Positions 38,693-50,970 of a DNA stretch of 64,000 nt are shown piece after piece (positions within the stretch are counted from its first letter, which is position 1; each line of letters begins with the position of its first letter). The stretch spans positions 248,001 through 312,000 of the forward strand of contig NW_027590293.1 of the NCBI RefSeq assembly GCF_964213995.1, read 5' to 3'. The stretch comes from Mustelus asterias (lineage: Eukaryota). The notes beneath the pieces are model-generated. The model ran no database searches, was not told the DNA's origin, and was given only the letters and a program-made list of their open reading frames with translations. The translations under genes and the position numbers were made by a program.

Positions 38693-40430
38693 AAACATCG
38701 ATGGTGGAGAACACCCGATATTGCGCAATTTGATTAACCATGTCAGATATGCGGGGAAGGGGGTACGCGTCCAGCTGCCTGTATCGGTTAATGGTCTGAC
38801 TGTAGTCAATGACCATTCGATGTTTCTCCCCAGTTTTAACAACTACTACTTGGGCTCTCCAGGGGCTGGTACTGGCCTCAATGATCCCCTCCCCTAGGAG
38901 CCGTTGCACTTCGGACCTGATAAAAGCTCTGTCTCCAGCACTGTACCGTCTGTTCTTGGTGGCGATGGGCTTGCAATCGGGGGTGAGATTTTCAAACAGT
39001 GAGGGAGGGGCGACTTTAAGGGTCGGGAGGCTGCAGGTGGTGCGCGGTGGGCGATCTAAGAACTGGGGATTGCAAACGGAGAGCGGGGGGAAAGGCCCAT
39101 TCTACTCCATGGTGATGCTCTTAAGGTGACTCAGGAAATCTAGCCCCAGGAGTACGGCAGCGCAGAGTTGTGGCAGCACGAGGAGCCTGAAATTTTTGTG
39201 CACTGTGCCCCGTACAGTCAGGGTCGCCACGCAGTACCCGAGGCCATCCACCGAGTGGGACTTTGAAGTCATGGAGATCGTTTGCTTCACTGGCAGTACT
39301 GAAAGGGTGTAGTGACTCACTGTGTTAGGGTGAATAAAGCTCTCCGTACTCCCACAGTCAAACAAACAGTTTGTAGTGCGACCGTTTACCTCGATGTCCA
39401 TCATGGACCTGGCGAGTTGGTGAGGCCAGGATTGGTCCAGCGTAATCGAAGCCACCGTTGGATTTTGCGAGTAGCCGCACGCGGCTGACGGCGTCCAAGA
39501 TGGCGGCCTGCACAGCCCACACGCGGCTGATGGCGTCCAAAATAGCGGCCCACACGCGGCTGATGGCGTCCAAAATGGCGGCCCGCATGGCTCACACGCG
39601 GCTACTGGCGGCCCCCACGGGTCACACACGGCGCTACTGGGCTTGGAGGTCGATTTTGCTCTGCATACCATCACGTAATGGCCCTTCTTTCCACACCCGG
39701 AGCAGATCGCATCCTTCGCCGAGCTGCATTGTCGGGGGTGCTTCCCCAGGCCGCAGAAGTCGCACTTCGGGCCTCCGGAGACTGCCGCAGCGGTCGGGTC
39801 ATTGGTGGGACGTGGTGTGGTGTAGGCCTGCGGCCCTCCTGAGTACAGAGGTGGCGGCGGCCGCAGTGTCCACGATGCGCCCCCGTGGTCGGGGGTGTAG
39901 GCCTCAAGATTACAGAAGGCCACCTCTAATGAGTCGGCAAGTGCCACAATCTTTTGTAGGTCCAGCCCATCCTGTTCCAGCAGTCGTTGTAGGATATAGT
40001 TTGACCTGATACCTGTGACATAGGCATCTCTGATTAAGTCCTCAGTGTTTTGGGTGGCTGTTACGGCCTTGCAGTTGCAGGCCCTGCCAAGTGCTCGCAA
40101 CGCACGCAGGAATTGATCACCCGATTCTCCTGGCTGTTGTCTGCGAGTAGCCAGAAGATGTCTGGCGTAGATTTCATTAGACTGTTTGTTGTACTGGCCT
40201 TTTAAAAGTTCAATCGCATCCTTGTAAGTTTCAGCGTCTCTAATCATCGCGAATACTTGATCACTTACCCAGGCGTGGAGCACATGTAGCTTGTCGGTTT
40301 CGGTCCGGACGACGGAGGAGGAGGTGAGGAAAGATTTGAAACAGCGCAGCCAGTGATCGAAGCTGAGGGTCCAGTTCGAGTCTGTCAGGTTTTAGTATCT
40401 GCTCCATCCCAAAACATTTGCTCATAAAAT
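38693..40430 (-). mobile_element. Gypsy LTR retrotransposon 5' half: gag, protease and RT N-terminus
   Basis: 393-aa ORF with zinc knuckles (CSGCGKKGHYVMVC) and protease LFDCGS. RT start IIEASTSPWRAQVVVVK...LDAYPLPRI...FSTID, truncated at ~38693. Confidence 0.85.
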
Positions 40431-40678
40431 TGATGCACCTTCAATCAAGCAAAGACTAGTTTGTATGCAAGAACAAATAGGCTTTTATTGGCAAAAGACT
40501 TGGAGCACACTCAGGCCGATGAACTGGTCCAGACTGAGGCAGGGGGGTGGAGAGCAGTCGCCTTTATACCTGGACCCGGGGGGGGGGGGAGGGGGGGGAG
40601 GAGTCTCAGGTAGGGCCGGCAGGGATGTGTCCAGGCATGTCACATGTACAGGTAATAAGCTAACAGTGGTTTACCACA
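40431..40678 (-). mobile_element. 5' LTR of the Gypsy element
   Basis: On the minus strand it starts TGTGGTAAA and ends GTGCATCA, with internal TATAAA and AATAAA. Confidence 0.7.
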
Positions 40679-40987
40679 GCAAGTCAGAACAGTTAAGGCT
40701 ATGGGCCAGGTGCTGGTAAATGGGATTAGGTGGGAAGTCAGACGTTTCTTGCATGTCAGTGCAGATTCGATGGGCTGAAGGGCCTTTTCTGCACTGCACG
40801 ATTCTATGATGAGGCAATTCAGTTAGTTGGAGAAACTGGAGCAGCTGAAATTTCTCTCTTTAGATCAGTCAGACATCAGGGCTTGGAATGGGGCCATTCG
40901 GGCCACTGATTCAATGCAGGCTCTCTGCAGAGCAAACCCTTACCCCGTTCTCCAGACAGATCCATGCTCACTGCTTCCTGTCCTGGA

Positions 40988-41369
40988 TGAGCAGAAACTG
41001 ATCGCCAAGTTCCGCACACATGAGGACGGTCTCAACCGGGATCTTGGGTTCATGTCACACTATCTGTAACCTCCACAGCTTGTCTGGACTTGCAGAATCT
41101 CACTGGCTGTCCTATCTGGAGACAATACACATCTCTTTAACCTGTGCTTAATGCTCCCTCCATTCACATTGTTTGTACCTTTAAGACTTGATTATCTGTA
41201 AAGACTGCATTCCAATCATTGTTCTGTAAATTGAGTTTGTGTCTCTGTATGCCCTGTTTGTGAGTATTTCTCCACTCCACCTGATGATGGGGCAGCACTC
41301 CGAAAGCTAGTGGTATTTGCTACCAAATAAACCTGTTGGACTTTAACCTGGTGTTGTGAGACGTCTTAC
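40988..41369 (+). mobile_element. Penelope-like element 3' end with a 12-bp TSD
   Basis: EQKLIAKFRTHEDGLNRDLGFMSHYL (GIY-YIG C-terminus). TSD tcctgtcctgga at 40976-40987 and 41370-41381, inside the conserved ZNF intron sequence. Confidence 0.8.
41277..41313 (+). ncRNA. Minimal type I hammerhead ribozyme in the Penelope terminal repeat
   Basis: CCAC-CTGATGA-tGGGGC agc ACTCC-GAAA-GC-TA-GTGG: stem I CCAC/GTGG, both core boxes, and a palindromic AGCT stem III. Confidence 0.6.
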
Positions 41370-41479
41370 TCCTGTCCTGGACACAGAGAGCTGGAAATCT
41401 CCATGCAGGCTGCCAGACAGATATATGTCTATCTGACTGGACTAACAATGTGTGGAATGTACAGACTGGGGGAACAATG

Positions 41480-41822
41480 GGTGGGGGCGGGGCTCCCGGG
41501 TCCGCGCGCCAGAACACGGAGACGTCACCGTGGAGCAGAGTGATTGCTATTGGCTGATTCAGGCAGGGCTCCATTGTGCCATCACAATGACTCAGAGGGG
41601 CGTTCCCAGCACACAGTGTCCCATTGGCAGCAATATCACTGGTTACAGAAGCAGCACACTGCGGATTGGACACCAGCTCAGTGCGGCTGGCGGTCAAAGC
41701 CCCGCCCACCCCCACGTGGGCTCGGGTTCCGCCCCCTCATTGTCCACATGTGGCAGGTTGACCAATGGCAACGCGTGGAGGACCGAATGGGTGCTGGTCC
41801 TCCAGCCAATCGGAGTCCGGGC
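41480..41822. promoter_or_regulatory. CpG-rich ZNF promoter module, possibly bidirectional
   Basis: GGGGCGGGG, CCAAT/ATTGG and ttccgccccctcatt, shared with the other modules. It sits between a minus-strand ZNF intron remnant and the plus-strand ZNF at 43055. Confidence 0.55.
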
Positions 41823-42015
41823 TTGTTTTTTTTTAATGAATTCAATTTTAATAAATCTCAATACACAAAACTGAATATAAAAAAGTTCAGTTGATTCACA
41901 TTACAAAAGTTCACAAATATGTATGGAAAAAGTCAATCACTCCCAGCTGCTCAACCTTATGAATTGATACATGGCCGCATGGAGCTTCCTCCATTGTTGC
42001 CCAGCAAAATTGCTC

Positions 42016-42046
42016 CTCTCTGAATGAAGATTGAGCTTCAGACAGA
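42016..42046 (+). other. Empty copy of the Tx1 target site / ZNF exon-1 remnant
   Basis: ctctctgaATGaagattgagcttcagacaga. Its last 29 nt are the exact reverse complement of 53890-53918. Confidence 0.85.
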
Positions 42047-43054
42047 TTAATATTGTACTGTAGCTACCTTAGGTATTTCCAGTCATTCATCACTTGCCTA
42101 TTAGAGTCATTAGTGTTTGGATTTCTTCTCCACAGGGATCAGTGGAGGGTGAGGGCCATTGAATATATTCCAGGGTGAGTTAAACTGATTTTTGATTGAT
42201 AAAGGTGTCAAGCGTTATGGGAAACAGGTAGGGAAATGGAGTGAAAGTTAAGATGAGGAGGGATTTCCTCACTCAAGTATGTGGTGTAGTTTTGGAATTA
42301 TGCTACCCCAGAGGACTGTGAAGCCTCAGTCATCGATAAATTTCAAGCCGGAGATTGATAGGTTTTGAGATATTGAAGACATCGAGTGATCTGGGGGATA
42401 GCGTGGGAAATGGTGCTGAGGTAGATCGGCCAATTCTCACTGAATGCTTGTGGCAATTCGATGGGCCGGATAAGCCAACTGTTGCTTCTATTTCTTATGA
42501 TTTCTATGTGCTGGAGTGGAGGCAGTGAGCATGGATCTGTCAATCAGCCTCAATCAGCACCTTCAGGAGAATTGGGAGGGTGGATATTAGATACAGCAGA
42601 GTGAGAATGGAGGGAGAGTGTGTGGGATGGAGATTCACAGCTTTTGGGGAATGAGAGAGGAAAGAATGCTCCATAGAAACTAGAATTGTTTGTTCTGAAT
42701 TTATGTTCTGACACTGATGACTTATGAAAACTCGTTTTACAGGATGCTGAAAGAGGAATCACAGGCAGAAATCTCAAAAGTCACGTCGAGACCTAACAGA
42801 GTCATATTCCTTGGGAGCTGAATATCATTGGCCTTTAAATTTAGAAGGAGAAATGGTTGTCCGGTCTGTTGATTTGAAAAGATTTCAAACATCAGTGTGA
42901 CTGGAAAAGCACCAACAGTGTTCCAGTGCACTGACTAAAGAGCTTTAACCAGTTACACAGCCTGAATAAATATCACACCATTCGCAGCTGGGAGAGACTG
43001 TACCTGTATTCTGTGTGTGGACAAGGCTGCAACTGAGGCAAGATCACCTGCACC

Positions 43055-43981
43055 ATGGAGAAACCATGGAAATGTGTGGACTGTGGGAAGGGATACGGAG
43101 CCCCATCTAAGCTGGAAATTCATCGGCGCAGCCATACTGGGGAGAAGCCATTCATCTGCTCTCAGTGTAAGAAGGGATTTAATCATTTATCCAGCTTACA
43201 GATGCACCAGCGAGTTCACACTGGGGAGAGACCATTCACCTGCTCTCAGTGTGGGGAGGGGTTCATTCAGTCATCCAGCCTGCAGGTACACCAGCGAGTT
43301 CACACTGGAGAGAGGCCGTTCACCTGCTCTCAGTGTGGGGAGGGATTCACTCGGTCAGACCATCTGCAGAGACACCAGCGAGTTCACACTGGGGAGAGGC
43401 CATTCACCTGCTCTCAGTGTGGGAAGGGATTCACTCAGTCATCCCACCTGCAGAGACACCAGCGAATTCACACTGGGGAGAGACCGTTCACCTGCTCTCA
43501 GTGTGGGGAGGGATTTACTCAGTCATCCCACCTGCGGACACACCAGCGAGTTCACACTGGGGAAAGACCGTTCACCTGCTCTCAGTGTGGGGAGGGATTC
43601 ACTCAGTCATCCAACCTGCAGTCACACCAGCGAATTCACACCGGGGAGAGACCATTCACCTGCTCCCAGTGTGGGCAGGAATTCACTCAGTCAGCCGACC
43701 TGCAGAGACACCAGCGACGTCACACAGGGGAGAGGCCGTTCACCTGCTCTCAGTGTGGGAAAGGATTCACTTTGTCAGCCTACCTGCAGAAACACCAGCG
43801 TGTTCACACTGTGGAGAAACCATTCACCTGCTCTCAGTGTGGGAAGGGATTCACTCAGTCATCTGACCTGCGGATACACCAGCGAGTTCACACTGGGGAG
43901 AAACCATTCACCTGCTCTCAGTGTGGGAAGGGATTCACAGTTTCATCCCAGCTGCTGAGACACCAACAAGTTCATGAGTGA
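43055..43981 (+). CDS. C2H2 zinc-finger protein, 11 fingers
   Basis: 308-aa ORF. Third paralog of the 20933 and 33340 genes, with the same leader and 3' flank into CR1. Acceptor at ~42743. Confidence 0.9.
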   Translation: MEKPWKCVDCGKGYGAPSKLEIHRRSHTGEKPFICSQCKKGFNHLSSLQMHQRVHTGERPFTCSQCGEGFIQSSSLQVHQRVHTGERPFTCSQCGEGFTRSDHLQRHQRVHTGERPFTCSQCGKGFTQSSHLQRHQRIHTGERPFTCSQCGEGFTQSSHLRTHQRVHTGERPFTCSQCGEGFTQSSNLQSHQRIHTGERPFTCSQCGQEFTQSADLQRHQRRHTGERPFTCSQCGKGFTLSAYLQKHQRVHTVEKPFTCSQCGKGFTQSSDLRIHQRVHTGEKPFTCSQCGKGFTVSSQLLRHQQVHE

Positions 43982-44194
43982 TTCCAGGGGTTGGATTCTG
44001 CTGTTATTGTTTCTGCTCTCAGTTGCATCCAGGACTGCATTTTGTTCATTCTCACAGTTGGTCAATGGGGAGGGTCAGAGGGTTTCTTTATGCTGGACTG
44101 GCCGGTCTCATGACTTTGCCTCCAGTGAGCTGATGTTCTTTGAATCAAATGTCACAAGGATCTCAGAGTGACCGGGTGTTAGGAAGTTCAGAAA

Positions 44195-44702
44195 TATTTA
44201 GTCAGCAGAAGACAGAGGGTCGCAGTGAAACGATGCGTTTCTGAATGGAGGGCTGTGACTAGTGGCGTCCCTCAGGGATCAGTGCTGGGACCTTTGCTGT
44301 TTGTAATATATATAAATGATTTGGAGGAAAATGTGGACGACACAAAGGTTGTTGGATTTGCGGATAGCGAGGACCATCAGAGGATACAGCAGGATATACA
44401 TCAGTTGGGTGGAGAGATGGCAGATGGAGTTTAATCTGGATAAATGTGAGGTAATGCATGTTGGAAGGTCTAATACAGATAGGAAATATACAGTAAATGG
44501 CAGAACCCTGCAGGGTATTGATAGGCAGAGGGATCTGGGTGTACAGGTACACAGGTCATTGAAAGTGGCAACACAGTTGGAGAAGGTAGTCAAGAAGGCA
44601 TACGGCATGCTTGCCTTCATCGCTGGGGCATTGAATGTAAAAATTGGCAAATCATGTTGCAGCTTTATGGAACCTTAATTAGGCCACACTTGGAATATAG
44701 TG
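44195..44702 (+). mobile_element. CR1 LINE RT fragment
   Basis: [21 protein letters not shown]. Same insertion as at 21900 and 32180. Confidence 0.8.
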
Positions 44703-44734
44703 CGGCATAATTATATGGTGTGGCATGAACTCTG

Positions 44735-46456
44735 ACCATGCCTCTCATAATCTTGTAAACTTCTATCAGGTCACCCCTCAACTCCGCTGTTCCAGTGAGA
44801 ACAAACCACGTTTCTCCAACCTCTCCTCATAGCTAATGCCCTCCATATCAGGCAACATCCTGGTAAATCTTTTCTGTACCCTCTCCAAAGCCTCCATATC
44901 CTTCTGGTAGTGTGGCGACCAGAATTGAACACTATATTCCAAGTACAGCCGAACTAAGCTTCTATAAAGCTGCAACATGACTTTCCAATTTTTAAACTCA
45001 ATGCCCCGGCTGATGAAGGCAAGCATGCCGTATGCCTTCTTGACTACCTTCTCCACCTGCATTGCCACTCTCAGTGACCTGTGTACCTGTACACCCAGGT
45101 CCCTTGACCTATTTTAAGGGTTCTGCCATTTACTGTACATTTCCTTTTTGGATTACACCTTCCAAAATGCATTATCTCACATTTGTCCGGATTAAACTCC
45201 ATCTGCCACCTCTCCACCCAAGTCTCCAACTGATCTATATCCTGCTGTATCCTCTGATGGTCCTCATCGCTATCTGGAAATCCACTAACCTTTGTGTCAT
45301 CTGCAAACTTACTAATCAATCGAGTTACATTTTCCTCCAAATCATTTATATATATATATAACAAACAGCAAAGGTCCCAGCACTGATCCCTGAGGGACGC
45401 CACTTGTCACAGTCCTCCATTCAGAAACGCACCCTTCCACTGCCACCCTCTGTCTTTGACCGAGCAGTTTTGTATCCACGTAGCCAGCTCACCTCTGATC
45501 CCATGCAACTTTACCTTCTGCACCAGTCTGCCATGAGGGACCTTGTCAAAGGCTTTACTGAAGTCCATGCAGACAACATCCACTGCCCTATCCTCATCAA
45601 TCATCTTCGTCACTTCCTCGAAAAACTCGATCAAGTTAGTGAGACACGACCTCCCCTTCACAAAACCATGTTGACTCTCACTAATACGTCCACTTATTTC
45701 CAAGTGGGAATAAATGCTGTCTTGAAGAATCCTCTCCAGTAATTTCCCGACCACTGATGTAAGGCTCACCGGCCTGTAATTACCTGGATTATTCTTGCTA
45801 CCCTTCTTAAACAAAGGAACAACATTGGCTATTCTCCAATCCTCTGGGACCTCCCCTGAGACTGATAGCCAAGTTCCGCACACATGAGGACGTCCTCAAC
45901 TGGGATCTTGGGTTCATGTCACACTATCTGTAACCCCTACGACTTGCCTGGGCTTGCAAAATCTCACTAACTGTCCTGTCTGGAGACAATACACATCTCT
46001 TTAACCTGTGCTTAGCCCTCTCTCCACTCACAGTGTCTGTATCTTTAAGACTTGATTAGATCCTCTCAAAATACCTTCAAACAACTTACCCAGATGTGAG
46101 GCTCACTGGCCTGTAGTTCCCAGGCTTTTCTCTGCAGCCCTTTTTAAACAAAGGCACAACATTTTCCACCCTCCAATCTCCAGGCACCTCACCTGTGATT
46201 ATCGATTATTCAAATATCTCTGCTCGGGGACCCACAATTTTCTCCCTCGTCTCCCAAAGTGACCTGGGATACACTTCATCAGATCCCAGGGATTTATCTA
46301 CCTTGATGCACTTTAAAATTTCCAGCACCTCCTTCTCTGTGATATGTACACTCCTCAGGACGTCACTATTTATTTCCCCGAGTTCCCTAAACATCCATGC
46401 TTTTCTCAACAGTAAACACTGATGAGAAATATTCATTTAGGATCTCACCCATCTCT
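44735..46456 (-). mobile_element. CR1 LINE RT region (degraded) with a Penelope insert at ~45858-46058
   Basis: VPEDWRIANVVPLFKKG...NYRPVSLTS...DFSKAFDKVPH. Confidence 0.85.
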
Positions 46457-47065
46457 TGTTTTATGTGGATGTTTGTCGATGTGTTTTATCATTGTTTTGG
46501 GCTACATTTGTTAAGGTTTATCTTTCTGGAGAATTAACCTTATCTTGAGTATTTAATTAAAGGCATTTCTGGAAGTTTAAAAACAGAACCACAAGAACGC
46601 TTAAGGAATTAATTTTGGTTATTGTTGTTGTAAAGCACATGCTAAGATTCTCTGCTTGTGTATGTATGATATTTGTGTGTTGAACGCTTCAAGCTTTGAG
46701 GTTTTGTGTCTGTGATTTAAATCAAACGGACTTTAAAATGGAAGTGTGATTAATAAAACTTTTTTTTCAAAAGTTATGAACCTGGACCCATATTTACTGG
46801 CCAGGGATATGTTTCCAGGACATTTTACTAAACATGTGGGAATGTTAATCGGGATAAATTCACACATGTGAGAATGAGAGTTTTAATTTGTAATAGTTAT
46901 TTAAAATTTGGGACATATGAAATGATTCTGACCAATCCTGTGTTGGATTGATCTTGGGTTAAACCTCCTGTCAGGTCCAAAGATTTATTCCTGATGCAAT
47001 TAACACAATGAAAAGGAAATTGGATACTGAAGGAAAGATTTTAAAAGGAGAGATTATAAATAGGA

Positions 47066-47706
47066 ATAGATATATCGCAAGGGGGATAGAATATAAAAGC
47101 AGGGATGTCTTGCTGCATCTGTACAGGGCATTGGTGAGGCCGCAGCTGGAATACTGTGTGCAGTATTGGTCCCCTTATTTGCGGAAGGATATATTGGCCT
47201 TGGAGGGAGTGCAGAGAAGGTTCACCAGGTTGATACCAGAGATGAAGGGTGTTGATTATGAGGAGAGACTGAGCAGATTGGGTTTGTATTCGTTGGAATT
47301 TGGAAGGCTGAGGGGAGATGTTATAGAGACCTATAAGATAATGAAGGGGCTGGATAGGGTAGAGATGGAGAGATTCTTTCCACTTAGAAAGGAAACTAGA
47401 ACCAGAGGGCACAGCCTCAAAATAAAGGGGGGTCAGTTTAGGACAGAGTTGAGGAGGAACTTCTTCTTTCAGAGGGTGGTGAATCTCTGGAATTCTCTGC
47501 CCACTGAAGTGGTGGAGGCTACCTCGTTGAATATGTTTAAATCACGGATAGATGGATTCCTGATCGGTAAGGGAATCAGGGGTTATAGGGATCAGGCGGG
47601 TAAGTGGAACTGATCCACTTCAGATCAGCCATGATCTTATTGAATGGCGGGGCAGGCTCGAGGGGCTAGATGGCCTACTCCTGCTCCTATTTCTTATGTT
47701 CTTATG
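47066..47706 (+). mobile_element. Young 5'-truncated CR1
   Basis: Open C-terminal ORF and (ttcttatg)n tail. Absent from the paralogous position at ~29357. Confidence 0.85.
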
Positions 47707-48071
47707 AAATGATTCCCAGACTGTGTGGTTGTTCGATTAAAACAAAGGAAGGGCACCAATATCCATTTGAGAACTTTTAATCCACCCTTTTCAAACTAAG
47801 AGAGTCGATGTACAAAGAAAGCCCAGGGATGGTAGATAAGGGGGTCTGGAAAACATCATGATGGGGGCACCTATCTGTTCATGAGATGATCACAAAGCCC
47901 CATGATGCCCAGATACTAATTTGATTGGACCTATATATAATGTATGTAATCTATCACCATTCTGATTGGATTGTGTCCAGCTGGGATGGGCTGAGTAACT
48001 GTATAAGAATTGATGATTTTCCTTGTGGGGTGGAGTTGTACATGGTCAGCCCCTGTGGCTTCTCCCCACTG

Positions 48072-48333
48072 TAAGAGTTTTAACAACACCAGGTTAAAGT
48101 CCAACAGGTTTATTTGGTCGCCAATGCCATTAGCTTTCAGAGCGCTGCTCCTTCGTCAGCTGGAGTGGATATCTGCTCTCAAACAGGGCACAGAGACACA
48201 AAATCAAGTTACAGAATACTGATTAGAATGTGAATCTCTACAGCCAACCAGGTCTTAAAGATACAGACAATGTGAGTTGGACGGAGCATGAAGCACAGGT
48301 TAAAGAGATGTGTATTGTCTCCAGACAGGCATA
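48072..48333 (-). mobile_element. Penelope-like fragment with a 13-bp TSD
   Basis: cttctccccactg at 48059-48071 and 48334-48346. Confidence 0.8.
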
Positions 48334-49339
48334 CTTCTCCCCACTGGCATAACTCAATAAACTGTTTGTCAATTGAATCAGGCTTGAGTGTTGAATTATT
48401 CTTCTGAATTCATTCCCAAAACACACTGGGTACATTACCGCTGGAGACCAGGTATTGCCAAAACCTTCGGACAATACAAAGACTCATGAAAGCCAGTATC
48501 CCAGTTTAAAGACATATCTTTTGTTTGACCAACGATTGAAGGGAGAAATTATTGGACAGTGTTAATCCTGCTCTAGAAGAGAAGCATCCTGATCTAATAA
48601 CTCTGACAGACAATCATTAGGATAGATCAATAATACATTCTTCATATCAATTCTCCTGCCTTTCATCAGGTGTGAACCAATCATTTTCAATACAACTCAA
48701 TCCTTAATTACACGTCATATACTTTAACCAATTGCATTTTACCCTCTGACATAATGGGATGTCATTGGTCCGTAGAATCCGGACACTTCCTCCCCCTATT
48801 GCTGACTCTGCTTCCCCTTGTTGCTGAGCAACCCCAGAAGCTTAGCTACAAAGGTCAAAGTTAATGTTCCCATCGGCTCTTACTCCGTCACTGGCCAAAC
48901 CAGACAAATGCACGTTTTCACGTCTGAGAAGACACTGTCTTGTCTGGCCATTGTGAATCAATCCTATTCATGAAGCTGCCTTGAGAAACTTTGTTAAAAA
49001 CTTCCTTGAAAAGGTTGGTACATTCTGTGGCTTCATTGTTCCGAAGAATGTAGCCTGTCTGTAAGTGTCCCTGTACCATCATGCCTTGCAGCAGCCTGCC
49101 TTTGGCTAAAGTTTACAATTGCTTTTAAAAATACAGCTAACATACATTTTAAAATCTGAAAATTCATGTCTAAATCCGAGTCTCTTGTTTAAATCTCTTA
49201 CTGTGTTCACGTGTGTTGACTGTTGTTCCTCGTTAGCTTCGAAGTCTGACTTAGTCATTTAACTCAATGCTGGTGGTTCTGTTAGTGTCTGAGATGCCTC
49301 ATGGTTTAAAATTTCACCAACCTATTGGGAATTTTCTCC

Positions 49340-49955
49340 AACAGTTTGCCATTGCGGAGCTTGGAGTACAGCACTTGTTTCAGGAGTCTTGTCTGGGGCT
49401 TGTGTACAATGTGGCCCGCCCACCACAGCTGGTCGAGTAATCCCCAGAATGTGCAAACTCCACACAGACAGTGACCCAAGCCAGGAATCGAACCCAGGTC
49501 CCTGGAGCTGTGAAGCAGCAGTGCTAACCACTGTGCTACCGTGCCGCCCATAAACAATTGACAATGGTTTCATGGTCACCAGTAGATTCTTAATTCCAGA
49601 TTCTTTTTATTGAATTCAAATTCCACCACTTGCCGTGGCCAGATTCGAATCGAGGTCCCCAGCACATTCGCTGATTTCTGGATCAACAGTCCAGCGATAA
49701 TACCACCAGGCCATCACCTCCCCCCACCCCTAGGGTCGGCGTACTGCAGCCCCATGACTGAGGCTGGGCTGGTCTTGGTTCTGGCCTGGAGGGGTCGGAT
49801 ATTGAAAGTTTCCCACTGGTCCAGTAGGCCAGCTGGACTCCAGCGGGGAGCTTCACGGTCCTGGGGTAGAGTGTTGCTGCAGGAAAGGTGGGGATGAATG
49901 TTGGTGCGATGACGCAGCCCTGCTTGACCCCAGTTTGCACTCGTACTGGTCGTCT
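49340..49955 (-). mobile_element. RTE-clade LINE remnants interrupted by SINE fragments
   Basis: VQTGVKQGCVIAPT and QLWWAGHIVHKPQTRLLKQVLY. HE1-like head at ~49447-49548. Confidence 0.6.
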
Positions 49956-49959
49956 CACT

Positions 49960-50468
49960 GTAGAAAGGATGTGATTGCACTGGAGGGGGTGCAGAGGAGA
50001 TTCACCAGGATGTTGCCTGGGATGGAGCAGCCGAGCTATAAAGAGAGATTAGATAGACTTGGATTGTTTTCTTGAGAGCAGAGAAGGCTGAGGGGGGACA
50101 TGATTGAGGTGTATAAGATTGTGAGGGGTTTGGACAGGGTGGATAGGAAGCAGCTGTTCCCCTTAGTTGAAGGGTCAATAACGAGGGGGCATCATTTTAA
50201 GGTGAGGGGCAGGAGGTTTTGGGGGTTTGAGGAAAAATGTTTTCACCCAGAGGGTGGTGGGAGTCTGGAATTCACTGTCTGGGAGGGCAGTGGAGGCGGG
50301 AAACCTCACAACCTTTAAAAAGCACATGGATGAGCACTTGAATGTTTTGACAGTTCAAACACCATCAGCCAAGTGCTGGAAAATGGATTAGTGTAAATTT
50401 AGTATAGTTTTGTCAGTACAGACCCGATGGGCTGAAAGGCCTCTTCTGTACTGTATGACTCTATGACT
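49960..50468 (+). mobile_element. CR1 LINE 3' fragment converging on a ZNF 3' end
   Basis: IEVYKIVRGLDRVD; its (ctatgact)n tail overlaps the ZNF stop codon. Confidence 0.8.
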
Positions 50469-50970
50469 TGTGAATTCGCTGGTGTTTCTGCAGTCGGGAT
50501 GAATGAGTGAATCCCTTCCCACACACTGTGCAGGTGAATGGCCTCTCCCCAGTGTGAACCCGCTGGTGTGTCCGCAGGCCTGATGGCACACTGAATCCTT
50601 TCCCACACACAGAGCAGGAGAACGGCCTCTCCCCAGTGTGAACTTGCTGGTGTCGCCACAGGCTTGATGGCACACTGAATCCTTTCCCACACACAGAGCA
50701 GATGAATGGTCTCTCCCCAGTGTGAACTCGCTGGTGTCTCCGCAGGGTGGATAACTGAGTGAATCCTTTCCCACACACAGAGCAAGTGAACGATTTCTCC
50801 CTGGTGTGAATTCGCTGATGCCTCTGCAAATCAATTATCTGAGTGAATCCCTTCCCACACACAGAGCAGGTGAACGGCCTCTCCCCAGTGTGACTGCGCC
50901 GATGAATCTCCAGCTGAGATGGGAAACTGAATCCTTTCCCACAGTCCCCACATTTCCACGGTTTCTCCAT
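50461..50970 (-). CDS. C2H2 zinc-finger protein, 6 fingers (host gene of the Tx1 insertion)
   Basis: MEKPWKC...; paralog of 7-828 with the same first two and last fingers. Acceptor tttgcag|GATAAC at 51320. Confidence 0.88.
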   Translation of the reverse strand: MEKPWKCGDCGKGFSFPSQLEIHRRSHTGERPFTCSVCGKGFTQIIDLQRHQRIHTREKSFTCSVCGKGFTQLSTLRRHQRVHTGERPFICSVCGKGFSVPSSLWRHQQVHTGERPFSCSVCGKGFSVPSGLRTHQRVHTGERPFTCTVCGKGFTHSSRLQKHQRIHKS

